A stretch of 64,000 bases of DNA from Planctomycetota bacterium (GTDB taxonomy: Bacteria > Planctomycetota > B15-G4): contig JBBQUR010000007.1 in the NCBI GenBank assembly GCA_038212275.1, positions 96,001 through 160,000 on the forward strand, in the 5' to 3' direction. This document shows positions 10,204 to 18,887 of the stretch, one piece after another. A program made the position numbers and the translations under genes. Positions within the stretch are counted from its first letter, which is position 1; each line of letters begins with the position of its first letter. Under the pieces are notes generated by a model, which worked only from the letters and a program-made list of their open reading frames with translations, was not told the origin of the DNA and did not search any database.

Positions 10204-10497
10204 CTGTCGGCTCTGGAACGAGCGCCGCTTGAGTTGCTGTGGCGGCGCATGTGCGCGTTGGATAGTTCAGGCGCCCCGCGCGCCCCGAACCGAGCGAGTG
10301 GGAGCGCTTACGGCCGCGCGACCCTCATCGGTGTCCGTCATAAGACCTTGACTGGAAACCGACAATTGTTTCGGAAGCGTTCCGCGGAATTCCCATAAGT
10401 GGGTTGAACGGGCCTGTCCCGCCGCCCTATTGTCTGCGCATGCGTTGCCGAAGGCTCGTGCCGCAGGCGACTCCAAGAGAATCCCAGGAGATCATCG

Positions 10498-10944
10498 ATG
10501 AAGCGTTTGTTGAGCGTTGCGCTGCTGTGCGCCGTGGCCGCTGGTTGCGCCTCGGCCCCGGTCGCCCAACCCGTTGCGGGCGGTAACGCCCAAGGTCACG
10601 GCATCCAGAGCTGGATTCCGGCCTCGTTCGCCGACCTGTGGGAAACCGTAGATGCGCGCATCGGCATCGACTATGGGTTCGGTGCACACCTCAAGGTGAC
10701 CGACCTCGCACGGATCGGCATCCTCGACTACTCCGAGTTCTCATTGCTCGGCGTGGACAAGGGCATCTTCTACGGGGACTACGCGCTTCCGAACATGGAA
10801 GCGTGGAAGAACAATGGCTCGTGGGATTTGTCGGCAAAAATCGGAGTCGGCTTGGGAGCAGAAGCGACCCTCCACACGTGGGAGGTTGTCGACTTCGCGT
10901 CCACGCTGCTGACGCTGAACTATTTCAGCTTCGACGACGACTGA
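10498..10944 (+). CDS. Hypothetical lipoprotein
   Basis: GGAG RBS; MKR..AVAAGC lipobox; strong codon bias; followed by a terminator. Confidence 0.8.
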   Translation: MKRLLSVALLCAVAAGCASAPVAQPVAGGNAQGHGIQSWIPASFADLWETVDARIGIDYGFGAHLKVTDLARIGILDYSEFSLLGVDKGIFYGDYALPNMEAWKNNGSWDLSAKIGVGLGAEATLHTWEVVDFASTLLTLNYFSFDDD

Positions 10945-10963
10945 TCTCATCAGTTGAACTGAC

Positions 10964-11009
10964 GAACGCCCGCCCCCGCAGTGATGCGGGGGCGGGCGTT
11001 CTGCTTTCT
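10964..11009 (+). terminator. Intrinsic terminator
   Basis: 17-bp perfect stem GAACGCCCGCCCCCGCA / TGCGGGGGCGGGCGTTC, GTGA loop, then TGCTTTCT. Confidence 0.85.
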
Positions 11010-11192
11010 GGTGACTACTCGCGGCGTGGTGCGCACTCCTCCGCGTGATGTCACACCGCTTCGATGCATGGGCTGCTCCGCCGAATGCCGGGGACAGAGC
11101 AGGGCGCGATCAGACCGCCGCGTAGTGCCGGCAATTCACCAGAGCGGCCATGAGCAGCCTTACCCTCCTGAGGGTGCCCGCGCTGGGAAGCC

Positions 11193-11675
11193 CTAGGCCT
11201 CAGCGGGTCCGAGCAGATGGCCAAAGCGCCGCTCGAGGCTCCGCTGCGCACGGCGCGACGGAGTGGCGACGAAGACGGTGTCATCTCCGGCAATCGTGCC
11301 AGTGACCTCGGGCATACTCATGGAGTCCAATGCCAAGGCCACCGTCTGCGCCAACCCCGGTCTCGTCGAGACGACGAGCAGATTCGGCCCTGCCGCGCGC
11401 AGGGCGCGGACGAATGGCTGCAGCTCTGCAAGCGTGGGGTACTTCTGCCCACCTTCCTCGCCGGCCTCTGCGTCGCTCACGATTCGGTAAGCACCGTCTA
11501 CCTTTCGAGCGCTCAAATACATGAGGTCCCTGCTCAGGCTCGATTGCGTAATCGCAAAACCGCGCTCCTGGAGAGCAGCCGCTAGTTCTTCCTGAGTGTG
11601 AATGCGCCGTCGACGCAGCAGCAGCCGCAGTGTCCGGCGCCGGGACTCCTGCCCGCCTCTCGTACTGCGGGTCAT
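11193..11675 (-). CDS. argR: Arginine repressor
   Basis: TQEEL..L...GF.ITQSSLSRDL wHTH; GTIAGDDT arginine-binding motif. Confidence 0.92.
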   Translation of the reverse strand: MTRSTRGGQESRRRTLRLLLRRRRIHTQEELAAALQERGFAITQSSLSRDLMYLSARKVDGAYRIVSDAEAGEEGGQKYPTLAELQPFVRALRAAGPNLLVVSTRPGLAQTVALALDSMSMPEVTGTIAGDDTVFVATPSRRAQRSLERRFGHLLGPAEA

Positions 11676-12139
11676 CGCGCCCCCCCATCTGCGGCAACAA
11701 CGGGCTGCAGCGCAGCAGTCGCCTCTATCTCGATCGAAGCACCGGCTTCGATCAGTGCAGCCACCTGGACAAGACTCATGCTCGGATAGTGACTTCCCAT
11801 GACGCGCCGATAGGCGGCGCCGACTTCAGCAAGGTGGCTGAGGTAGTCAGCGCGATCACTGCAATACATGGTGAGCCGCACGATGTCGGCGGAACATCCG
11901 CCGGCGGCTTCGACGACGGCGACACAATTCCGCAGCGCCCGCTCAAACTGAAGGGCAAAGTCCACACTTACGAGACGTTGGGACTCATCCCAACCGATCT
12001 GCCCCGCAACAAAGAGCAGATCGCGGCCCGCGGGAACACGAATTCCATTCGAATAGCCGCGCGGCCGGCGCCAGCCCTCCGGCAACACCATCTCAAGAGC
12101 CCCCGCGTCACTCTGATGAGATCGCCTAGCCATGCGCAT
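11672..12139 (-). CDS. RidA/YjgF family protein
   Basis: PRGYSNG, LFVAGQIG, YPSMSLVQVAAL and IEIEATA motifs. Confidence 0.9.
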   Translation of the reverse strand: MRMARRSHQSDAGALEMVLPEGWRRPRGYSNGIRVPAGRDLLFVAGQIGWDESQRLVSVDFALQFERALRNCVAVVEAAGGCSADIVRLTMYCSDRADYLSHLAEVGAAYRRVMGSHYPSMSLVQVAALIEAGASIEIEATAALQPVVAADGGAR

Positions 12140-12226
12140 AACCTACAGGTTTGCGCATGGAGGCTCAAGGCAACGGCACAGCCGTTGCCTCAGCTTCCAA
12201 TCCCAAGGACGGCTTCGCGGGGCTGA

Positions 12227-14062
12227 CTACCTGTCGCCGAGGCCGGTGCCGAACGCGGCGTACAAGCCGGTTGCCGGATCCACATCCACCGCGACCACCC
12301 AGGTGTCAATCTGGGCGTCACGGAGGTTCCGAACGGCGCTGTTGAGGGCCTGCTGAGCAGTCGCCAAGCCCTTCACCGCCGTGAATGCCGTGCGGTAGTG
12401 CGTGATGTCCGAATAGCCGGCACCCGTGGAGTTCCCGTGCTTGATGACCATGGCGGCCTGCATGTCGCCGGTCGCGTTGCCGAAAGGCTGCACCGGCGGG
12501 GTGACATTGCCGACGTTCGTCGCCGTGTCGACCGCGAAAGCCTGCAGCTTGCTGGTCGGGTTGAAGCTCCAGAAGAACTGATCGGAACCCGTTCCGAAGA
12601 GGTCGAGGTCCATCACCCGGGTGAACACCAGATCACTGATCTGGGCGTGGTTTCCCATCTGCAGCGCGATGTCACCGACCATCGTCCTGGAACCGAAGCC
12701 GATCGTGTACTGAATCGTCGTGATCACGCCCGGCGCGGGTGACCCGTCCGTGCTGAAGGCGACGAGCGACGACGCGTTGGCGAACCCGCGACGGTTGAAA
12801 CCTGCGCCATCCTGGTACGGACCCAACTCGAACGACAACGGCAGGAGCGAGTTGGTGAAGCCGGGATCAGTGAGCTGGTTGCCGGCGCCACCGTACACAT
12901 GCGTGGCACCGCTCGGTGTGCTTCGCACATCGTAGTCAAGCGCCCAGCCGTCAGCCGGCACGCCTGCGACCAGATAATCGTTACCGCCGATCTCCTTGAA
13001 TCCGATCTGGTCCTCGATGAACGTACCGTCCGGTGAGACGCCCATGATCAGGTCAACCTGGTTCCAGAGGTACGAACCCAGCTCGAGCTCCAGCGACAGG
13101 GAGTAGGCGCCGGTGGTGACCCCGTCGTCACCGGTGAAGTCCAGGTTCGCATCCGGAGCGCTCTCGACAGCAACCGCGTAAGAGCCGGAGGCTTCGAGGG
13201 GAATGTCCAGTTTCGACAGCTTGCCGCTGCCCTCGCCATCGTCGTTGTAGGCGAGTAGCGCACCGCTGCTGGCATTGAAGAGCCCCATGAACGTGTCGGG
13301 GATATCCAACCCTGTCGCGGGAGCCAGCGTGGCGGCGTGCAAGATGACCAGCGCGCTTGCATCGAATGCGAAAAAGTCCACATCGTTCGCGGTCAACGTC
13401 AGCCCGGTCAGAACCGAGGGGTTTCCCGTGAGCAGCGTAGGTGGACGCAGTCCGGTGAGGAGCGTCGCCGTCGCCAGAGTGTTGTTCACTTCGTACGCGT
13501 CCGGGCCAACCTGCGCCTGGGTGCCAGCTTCCGGAAGGGCCGCGTCGACAGGGGGCTGCGCAAATGCCGAACCCCGATCATCCTGGCTGCGGCGCAGTCG
13601 AATCGCCGCCTCAAACACCGAAAGAGGCACCGGACTCAGCGCATCGCCACCGATCACGCCCTGGGCTGCCATTCCAGTCACGCGTGTCGTGACCTGGTAC
13701 TCAAGCGTCCGCGGATGCTTCTGAATCTGATAGATGCCGAGCAGCGAACTCGGTCGACGCGAAATCATGGCGACCACCTGGTCGCCGACTTCCACGGGAA
13801 CTCGTCCTGCCACAGACACGTTCAGTGAACGAGCGGGCACGTCACCCCAAACACCGTGATCCACGGCAAACTCGACCAAGGTGCTCTCGGGAGCGCTCAC
13901 GACCTGAACCGACGCCACGCGGCCGACGATGACGACGTCCGACGCGTCGACCTGCTCACCCGTGGTGATCTCGGAGAACAGGCTGAGCAGGCCAGCCGGT
14001 AGGGCCAGGCACATGATGAGCGCCAAGGCGCCCAAGGAAAGTCGGTGATGCATGGCATTCAT
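12227..14062 (-). CDS. Secreted multidomain protein with PPC/DVUA0089-like domain
   Basis: Signal peptide; DAYEVNNT..TA, DVDFFAF, DTFMGLFN..G.LLAYNDD and GSYAVAV are typical of pre-peptidase C-terminal-like domains. Confidence 0.7.
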   Translation of the reverse strand: MNAMHHRLSLGALALIMCLALPAGLLSLFSEITTGEQVDASDVVIVGRVASVQVVSAPESTLVEFAVDHGVWGDVPARSLNVSVAGRVPVEVGDQVVAMISRRPSSLLGIYQIQKHPRTLEYQVTTRVTGMAAQGVIGGDALSPVPLSVFEAAIRLRRSQDDRGSAFAQPPVDAALPEAGTQAQVGPDAYEVNNTLATATLLTGLRPPTLLTGNPSVLTGLTLTANDVDFFAFDASALVILHAATLAPATGLDIPDTFMGLFNASSGALLAYNDDGEGSGKLSKLDIPLEASGSYAVAVESAPDANLDFTGDDGVTTGAYSLSLELELGSYLWNQVDLIMGVSPDGTFIEDQIGFKEIGGNDYLVAGVPADGWALDYDVRSTPSGATHVYGGAGNQLTDPGFTNSLLPLSFELGPYQDGAGFNRRGFANASSLVAFSTDGSPAPGVITTIQYTIGFGSRTMVGDIALQMGNHAQISDLVFTRVMDLDLFGTGSDQFFWSFNPTSKLQAFAVDTATNVGNVTPPVQPFGNATGDMQAAMVIKHGNSTGAGYSDITHYRTAFTAVKGLATAQQALNSAVRNLRDAQIDTWVVAVDVDPATGLYAAFGTGLGDR

Positions 14063-14347
14063 GGTTGGAAGTATCCTCGGACCAACTCTTCGGGTGCCGC
14101 ACGTAAATGACTGAAAGTAGCTTCGACAAATTCGGGGTCGAGGCCAGCGTCATCTATCTCGGCAGGTTGAAAGTACACCATGGCCGCAATTTCGTCCATA
14201 CGGTCTTTCCGGATGGATGATCTTCTTCTGAGCGTTCCAGCCGGCGCCAAGGATCAAGCGTTCTCGTGCTTGACGACAAAGGCCGCCCGGTGACGTCGAC
14301 GTCTCTTCGAGGCTGACATTACGCTGAACACCGGGAAACTCTCGAGG

Positions 14348-16081
14348 TTGTCTTATTTCGTGGCGCCGACATTGCTCGCGGCAATGGTGGCGACGATCGG
14401 CCTGCTTCCCGACGAGGCGGTTTCGCGCCCCAAGGTTGCCTGGACTGAAGCCCTGGCGCTGGCGGCCTTCGGGTTCACGCTGATGCACATGGCCCTCTCT
14501 GCGTCCTGGCGACTGCCATGGCCGCGGGTCGCGGTGCTTGGCGTAGTGCCCGTCATGATCGGCCTGGCTTGGCTTGCCGCCGGCCACATGCAGAGTCGAT
14601 CACTCGCCATCGATGAGGTCATGCGAGTGGCGCTTGTACCTATTATATTCCTTACAACATCAGTTTGTTTATCATCTATGAGGCTGCAGAGGGCTGTACT
14701 CATCACGCTTGTCTGCGTCACTGTTCCAGTCGCTGGGCTGGCGGTCGGCCAGAGTCTCGCAGGTACCCTCGACTTGCCATTCGACAGAGTCGAGCGCGCC
14801 TCCTCGACGTTCGGCAATCCCGTCTTTCTGGGGGCGTACCTGGTACTCGTCATCCCTCCGTGCGCCGTTGCTGCACTCTTCGGAGGCGGCATGCTCCGGT
14901 GGACAGGAGGCCTCGCCACGGGCTTGGCGCTCCCGGCACTGCTCGCCACGCAGAGCCGATGGGCCTGGCTGGGAGGTGCCGCCAGCATCGCAGTCGGAGT
15001 CACGCTCTTGGCGACGACGCGCCTTCACCGACGCGTGCTGCTCGCAGGCTTTGTCGTGGTTGCCGTGGTGATGGCAGTACTGAGTTCGAAGGTGCTCACG
15101 CGATCCCAGTATCACGCCCTGATCTGGCGTGACACTGCGGAGATGATCGCGGCGCACCCATGGGGTGTCGGACCTGGTCAATTTCAGGTTGCCTTTTTGC
15201 CATTTGCATCGAATGATCTTCTTTCTATATACCCTCGTTCTTCTGTCATTATCAACGACGCCCACTGCGAGCCGCTGCAGGTGTTGGCCGAACTTGGCTG
15301 GCTCGGACTCGTCGCCGTCGTTGCGTGGCTGGCCATGCTGGCGCTCGCGTGCCTTCGCGGGATCAGGAAGGCCAGTCAGTCTGACGAACAGCGGCCCTAC
15401 CTCGTAGCCATGGTCGCCGCGCTGAGCGGAAGCGCCGTGCAATCCCTGGGATCGCCGGACCTGCGCTTCATCATCTCATCCATGGTCTTCGCGACGCTTG
15501 CCGGGCTTGCCGCCGCGATGGACTCATCCACTCTTCCCACGAGGCGGATACGGCTTCCGGGACGAATCGCGCTTGCAGGCGTCGGCTTGCTCTCGATTGG
15601 CTGGGCCGGACACTTCGTGATCGAGCACGCAAGGGTCGTGAAGCTGCTTGAGCCACGCGTACCCGTCGCCCAGGCGCCCTCCGATGCGGCGCCCCTGCGC
15701 CAGCTCCTTCAGGCTGTTAAAGAGGATCCAAACAACGCAGAAATACACTATAATATTGGCATCGCTTTGGCCGGCGCTCACAGCTACCACGAAGCGGCGA
15801 TCGCCTTTCGAAAGGCTGCGACCTTGAGTTCGGGCAAGCCGGCGGTCATTCGCAGCCTTGGCCTCATGGAAGGACTCGCCGGGGAGTTTGAAGCGGCTCT
15901 CCCACATCTCCGGGCGTCCCTCATCAGCTACCCGGACGACGCCGAGGTGCGGTACCTACTCGCCTACTCAGCCTTCGGGTTGGGTGACGTCGCGACCGCC
16001 ATCCAGGAGTTGGAGGTCCTGCTGGCAGCACATCCAGACCATCCGCAGGGACTTCTTCTGCTGCAGCGACTTCGCGAGTGA
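14348..16081 (+). CDS. O-antigen ligase/Wzy_C-family membrane protein with C-terminal TPRs
   Basis: Many TMs; RASSTFGNP, TQSRWAW, IWR....I..HPWGVGPGQF, DAHCEPLQ.LAELG; TPR repeats (AEIHYNIG). Confidence 0.82.
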   Translation: MSYFVAPTLLAAMVATIGLLPDEAVSRPKVAWTEALALAAFGFTLMHMALSASWRLPWPRVAVLGVVPVMIGLAWLAAGHMQSRSLAIDEVMRVALVPIIFLTTSVCLSSMRLQRAVLITLVCVTVPVAGLAVGQSLAGTLDLPFDRVERASSTFGNPVFLGAYLVLVIPPCAVAALFGGGMLRWTGGLATGLALPALLATQSRWAWLGGAASIAVGVTLLATTRLHRRVLLAGFVVVAVVMAVLSSKVLTRSQYHALIWRDTAEMIAAHPWGVGPGQFQVAFLPFASNDLLSIYPRSSVIINDAHCEPLQVLAELGWLGLVAVVAWLAMLALACLRGIRKASQSDEQRPYLVAMVAALSGSAVQSLGSPDLRFIISSMVFATLAGLAAAMDSSTLPTRRIRLPGRIALAGVGLLSIGWAGHFVIEHARVVKLLEPRVPVAQAPSDAAPLRQLLQAVKEDPNNAEIHYNIGIALAGAHSYHEAAIAFRKAATLSSGKPAVIRSLGLMEGLAGEFEAALPHLRASLISYPDDAEVRYLLAYSAFGLGDVATAIQELEVLLAAHPDHPQGLLLLQRLRE

Positions 16082-16764
16082 CCACCGAGGTCGTCCTGTT
16101 CGATGCCGGGGGCACGCTCTTTACCGAGGTGGAGACCCGGGACGAGGTCTACGCGCGCGTTTTCGCGGAGCATGGCCTTCACTTGAACGCCGCCGGAATG
16201 GCCTCGCTTCGCCATGCCGTACACGACGACATGCCCGAATTTTTCGCCGGTGCGGCGCGCTACACGGATCTCTGGTTCCGGGAATTCATCAGGAGGCTCC
16301 TCTCGAAACTGGAGAGCGCCGCCGACCCGGAAGGCATCCGTCGGGAGTTGGCCGAGTACTTCCATCGCCCAGAGCACTTCGCGGTCTTCCCGGACACCAT
16401 TCCTGCACTTGAAGAGCTTGGGTCACTCGGTCTCAGACTGGGCGTGGTCAGCAACTGGAACCACGGGCTCCAGGAGTTGCTTGCTGAGCTTTCCCTGGTG
16501 CGCCACTTCGAATGCGTCGTGATTTCCTCGATGGTCGGGGCCTCAAAGCCTGACCGACTGATTTTCCGTCACGCCCTCCGTTGCTTTGGCATCGCTCCGG
16601 CGAAGGCGCTCCATGTCGGCGATCACCCGGTGAACGACCTGCTGGGCGCCCGCCGTTGCGGCATCCCGGCGCTGCTCGTCGACCGGCGCGGCCACGAAAC
16701 CGGCGGGATCGGCACGATCCGCTCGCTAGAGGACATTTCCGGCCACGTGCTGCGCGCGGGCTGA
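16078..16764 (+). CDS. HAD-IA family hydrolase
   Basis: FDAGGTL, VSNW, KPD..IF and HVGD...D motifs; GTGA overlap with the upstream gene. Confidence 0.9.
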   Translation: MTTEVVLFDAGGTLFTEVETRDEVYARVFAEHGLHLNAAGMASLRHAVHDDMPEFFAGAARYTDLWFREFIRRLLSKLESAADPEGIRRELAEYFHRPEHFAVFPDTIPALEELGSLGLRLGVVSNWNHGLQELLAELSLVRHFECVVISSMVGASKPDRLIFRHALRCFGIAPAKALHVGDHPVNDLLGARRCGIPALLVDRRGHETGGIGTIRSLEDISGHVLRAG

Positions 16765-16859
16765 CGACGCGGCCGGAACTCCAGCCAGCGAGCAACCGCC
16801 ACCGCGATGCCTCGCCTGGCCCCCGGCAGCAGTCCACGGATTTGCGAAAGTCATCCCGT

Positions 16860-17082
16860 TACCTCGCGGGCCGGCTTCGTACAGATCGGCGAGGTGCGCA
16901 GAAGAGTGCTGCTTCGGACTGCATCCCTCGGTGGGTTCACCCCCTCGACTTCGCGCCGACTGCCCAAGGCAACAAGTCGTCCGGGGCGCTTCCTGCTGCA
17001 CCTCGAGAGAGAGCGACACAGAAGAGAGAGCTGAGTGGAGCGTGCGCCGTGCCCGTGAAAACGGGCGCGGCGCATCCTTTTT
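16860..17082 (+). ncRNA. Candidate structured non-coding RNA of unknown family
   Basis: Nested pairing CGAGGTGC(16890-97)/GCACCTCG(16998-17005), GCAG/CTGC, AGTGC/GCGCT, TCGGAC/GTCCGG, CGACTT/AAGTCG and TGCC/GGCA; GA-rich tail; strong terminator; no convincing ORF. Confidence 0.4.
17042..17082 (+). terminator. Intrinsic terminator
   Basis: 15-bp stem with two G-U pairs, GAAA loop, then CCTTTTT. Confidence 0.85.
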
Positions 17083-17118
17083 CTGGCCGGCTCGGGCGAA
17101 GCCTAGAATCCCGGCACG

Positions 17119-17988
17119 ATGCTTGCGCCCGTCAGGATCTCGTTGGCTCAGTGCGATGCCGTCCTGGGGGACGTTGCGCGCAACCTGGACGCCCATCTTC
17201 GTCGCGTGGAGGCCGCCCGTGTGGTCGGCGCCGGCCTTGTGGTCTTCCCGGAGCTGTCATTGACCGGCTACGGCCTGCGCGACCTCACCCCTGACGTCGC
17301 CATGCGGACGGATGCGCCGGCGCTGGCCCGACTTGCCCACGCCAGCCACGACATCGACATCGCGGCCGGCTGGATCGACGAAAGCCCGGAGCACGTGCAC
17401 TACAACGCCGCCGGATACTTCTCCAAAGGGCGACTGGTGCACGTGCACCGGAAGATCTACCCGGTGAACTACGGGATGTTCGAAGAACGGCGCTACTGGG
17501 GCGCCGGCGACCAGGTCTCTGCCTTCGACACGGCATGGGGACGTGTCGGGCTCCTGATATGCGAAGACCAATGGCACCCTTCCACGTCCTACCTGCTGTT
17601 CGCGGATCGCGCGGACGTGATCATCACGCTCTCCGCTTCTCCTGCCCGCGGAGTGCTCCGCAAGTCCGACGGTGAAGAGGGCCCTGCGTCATCGCGCACC
17701 TGGGACACGTTGCTCAGGCAGCAGAGCGCCGGGTTGACGCTCTGGTCGGTGTACGTGAACCGCGTCGGAGTCGAGGACGGCACCTCCTTCGCGGGGGGCA
17801 GCCGCGTCATCGACCCCTTCGGCGAGGTCGTGAGCGAACTCGGGCTCGAGGAGGCGCAGGAGTGCGTGACTCTGCACCCCGCGCCTCTGGCGCGTCGCCG
17901 CCTCGAGAACCCCATGCTTCGCGACGAGCGGCTTGACGTCACGCTCGGCAATCTGCAGCGGATAGCCCGTGACCGCCTTGGAGATTGA
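17119..17988 (+). CDS. Nitrilase-family C-N hydrolase, probable glutaminase subunit of a split NAD synthetase
   Basis: E-K-C triad (FPEL, HRKIY, ICED); overlaps nadE. Confidence 0.85.
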   Translation: MLAPVRISLAQCDAVLGDVARNLDAHLRRVEAARVVGAGLVVFPELSLTGYGLRDLTPDVAMRTDAPALARLAHASHDIDIAAGWIDESPEHVHYNAAGYFSKGRLVHVHRKIYPVNYGMFEERRYWGAGDQVSAFDTAWGRVGLLICEDQWHPSTSYLLFADRADVIITLSASPARGVLRKSDGEEGPASSRTWDTLLRQQSAGLTLWSVYVNRVGVEDGTSFAGGSRVIDPFGEVVSELGLEEAQECVTLHPAPLARRRLENPMLRDERLDVTLGNLQRIARDRLGD

Positions 17989-18790
17989 CGCTCCGCTGGT
18001 GGAGCACCTCCTCGTCGGCTTCGTGCGCGACGAGATCGCCAGCGCCGGCCTCGCTCGCGCCGTGATCGGCCTTTCGGGCGGCGTGGATTCGGCCGTCTCT
18101 GCGGCGCTGGCGGCACGCGCGCTCGGGCCCTCCGGTGTCCTCTGCCTGTGCATGCCGTACCAGGCGTCCAACCCGCAGTCTCTGGCGGACGCGCGACACG
18201 TTGCCGGAGCACTCGGCACGGGTTTCGACATCGTGGACATCACGCCCTCCGTCGATGCGTATTTTGCGACGCAGTCCGACGCCGACGCACTGCGCCGCGG
18301 CAACAAGATGGCACGCGAGCGCATGGCGGTCCTCTACGACCGCTCCGCAGCCAGCAAGGCACTCGTCGTCGGCACGTCGAACAAGACCGAACTCCTGCTC
18401 GGCTATGGCACGCTGTTCGGCGACATGGCGTCTGCGCTCAACCCGCTGGGCGACCTTTACAAGACGCAGGTCTTCCAGCTCGCGCGCCACCTGGGCCTGC
18501 CGGAGCGGGTCATCACCAAGGCGCCTTCCGCAGACCTCTGGGCCGGCCAGACGGACGAACAGGAGATGGGCTTCTCGTACGACGCCGTGGATCGCCTGCT
18601 GCTGGACATGGTCGAGCGACGCATGGGCGACGACGAACTTCAGGCCGCGGGCCACGACGCGGCCTTCGTGCTGCGCGTACGACGCATGATCTCCAAGAGC
18701 CAGTTCAAGCGACAGATGCCGCTCATTGCGAAGCTCACGGACCGGACGATCAATGCGGACTTCCGCTACCCGCGCGACTGGGGCACCTGA
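17969..18790 (+). CDS. nadE: NAD+ synthetase
   Basis: [38 protein letters not shown] and [13 protein letters not shown] motifs. Confidence 0.95.
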   Translation: MTALEIDAPLVEHLLVGFVRDEIASAGLARAVIGLSGGVDSAVSAALAARALGPSGVLCLCMPYQASNPQSLADARHVAGALGTGFDIVDITPSVDAYFATQSDADALRRGNKMARERMAVLYDRSAASKALVVGTSNKTELLLGYGTLFGDMASALNPLGDLYKTQVFQLARHLGLPERVITKAPSADLWAGQTDEQEMGFSYDAVDRLLLDMVERRMGDDELQAAGHDAAFVLRVRRMISKSQFKRQMPLIAKLTDRTINADFRYPRDWGT

Positions 18791-18828
18791 GCCACGCACG
18801 CCCGCCACGCACGCCCGCCACGCTCGCC
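18791..18828 (+). repeat. 13-bp tandem repeat x3 (GCCACGCACGCCC)
   Basis: Lies immediately after the nadE stop codon. Confidence 0.8.
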
Positions 18829-18887
18829 ATCGACGCGCAGGCCGAGACCCGTGCGCTTGCGGTCCCCTGGTCGGTAGCATCGCACCC

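Noticed and set aside
14059..14250. 63-aa minus ORF overlapping the start of the secreted protein (ATGA)
   Set aside because: Plausible composition, but no motif or RBS; not enough support to call.
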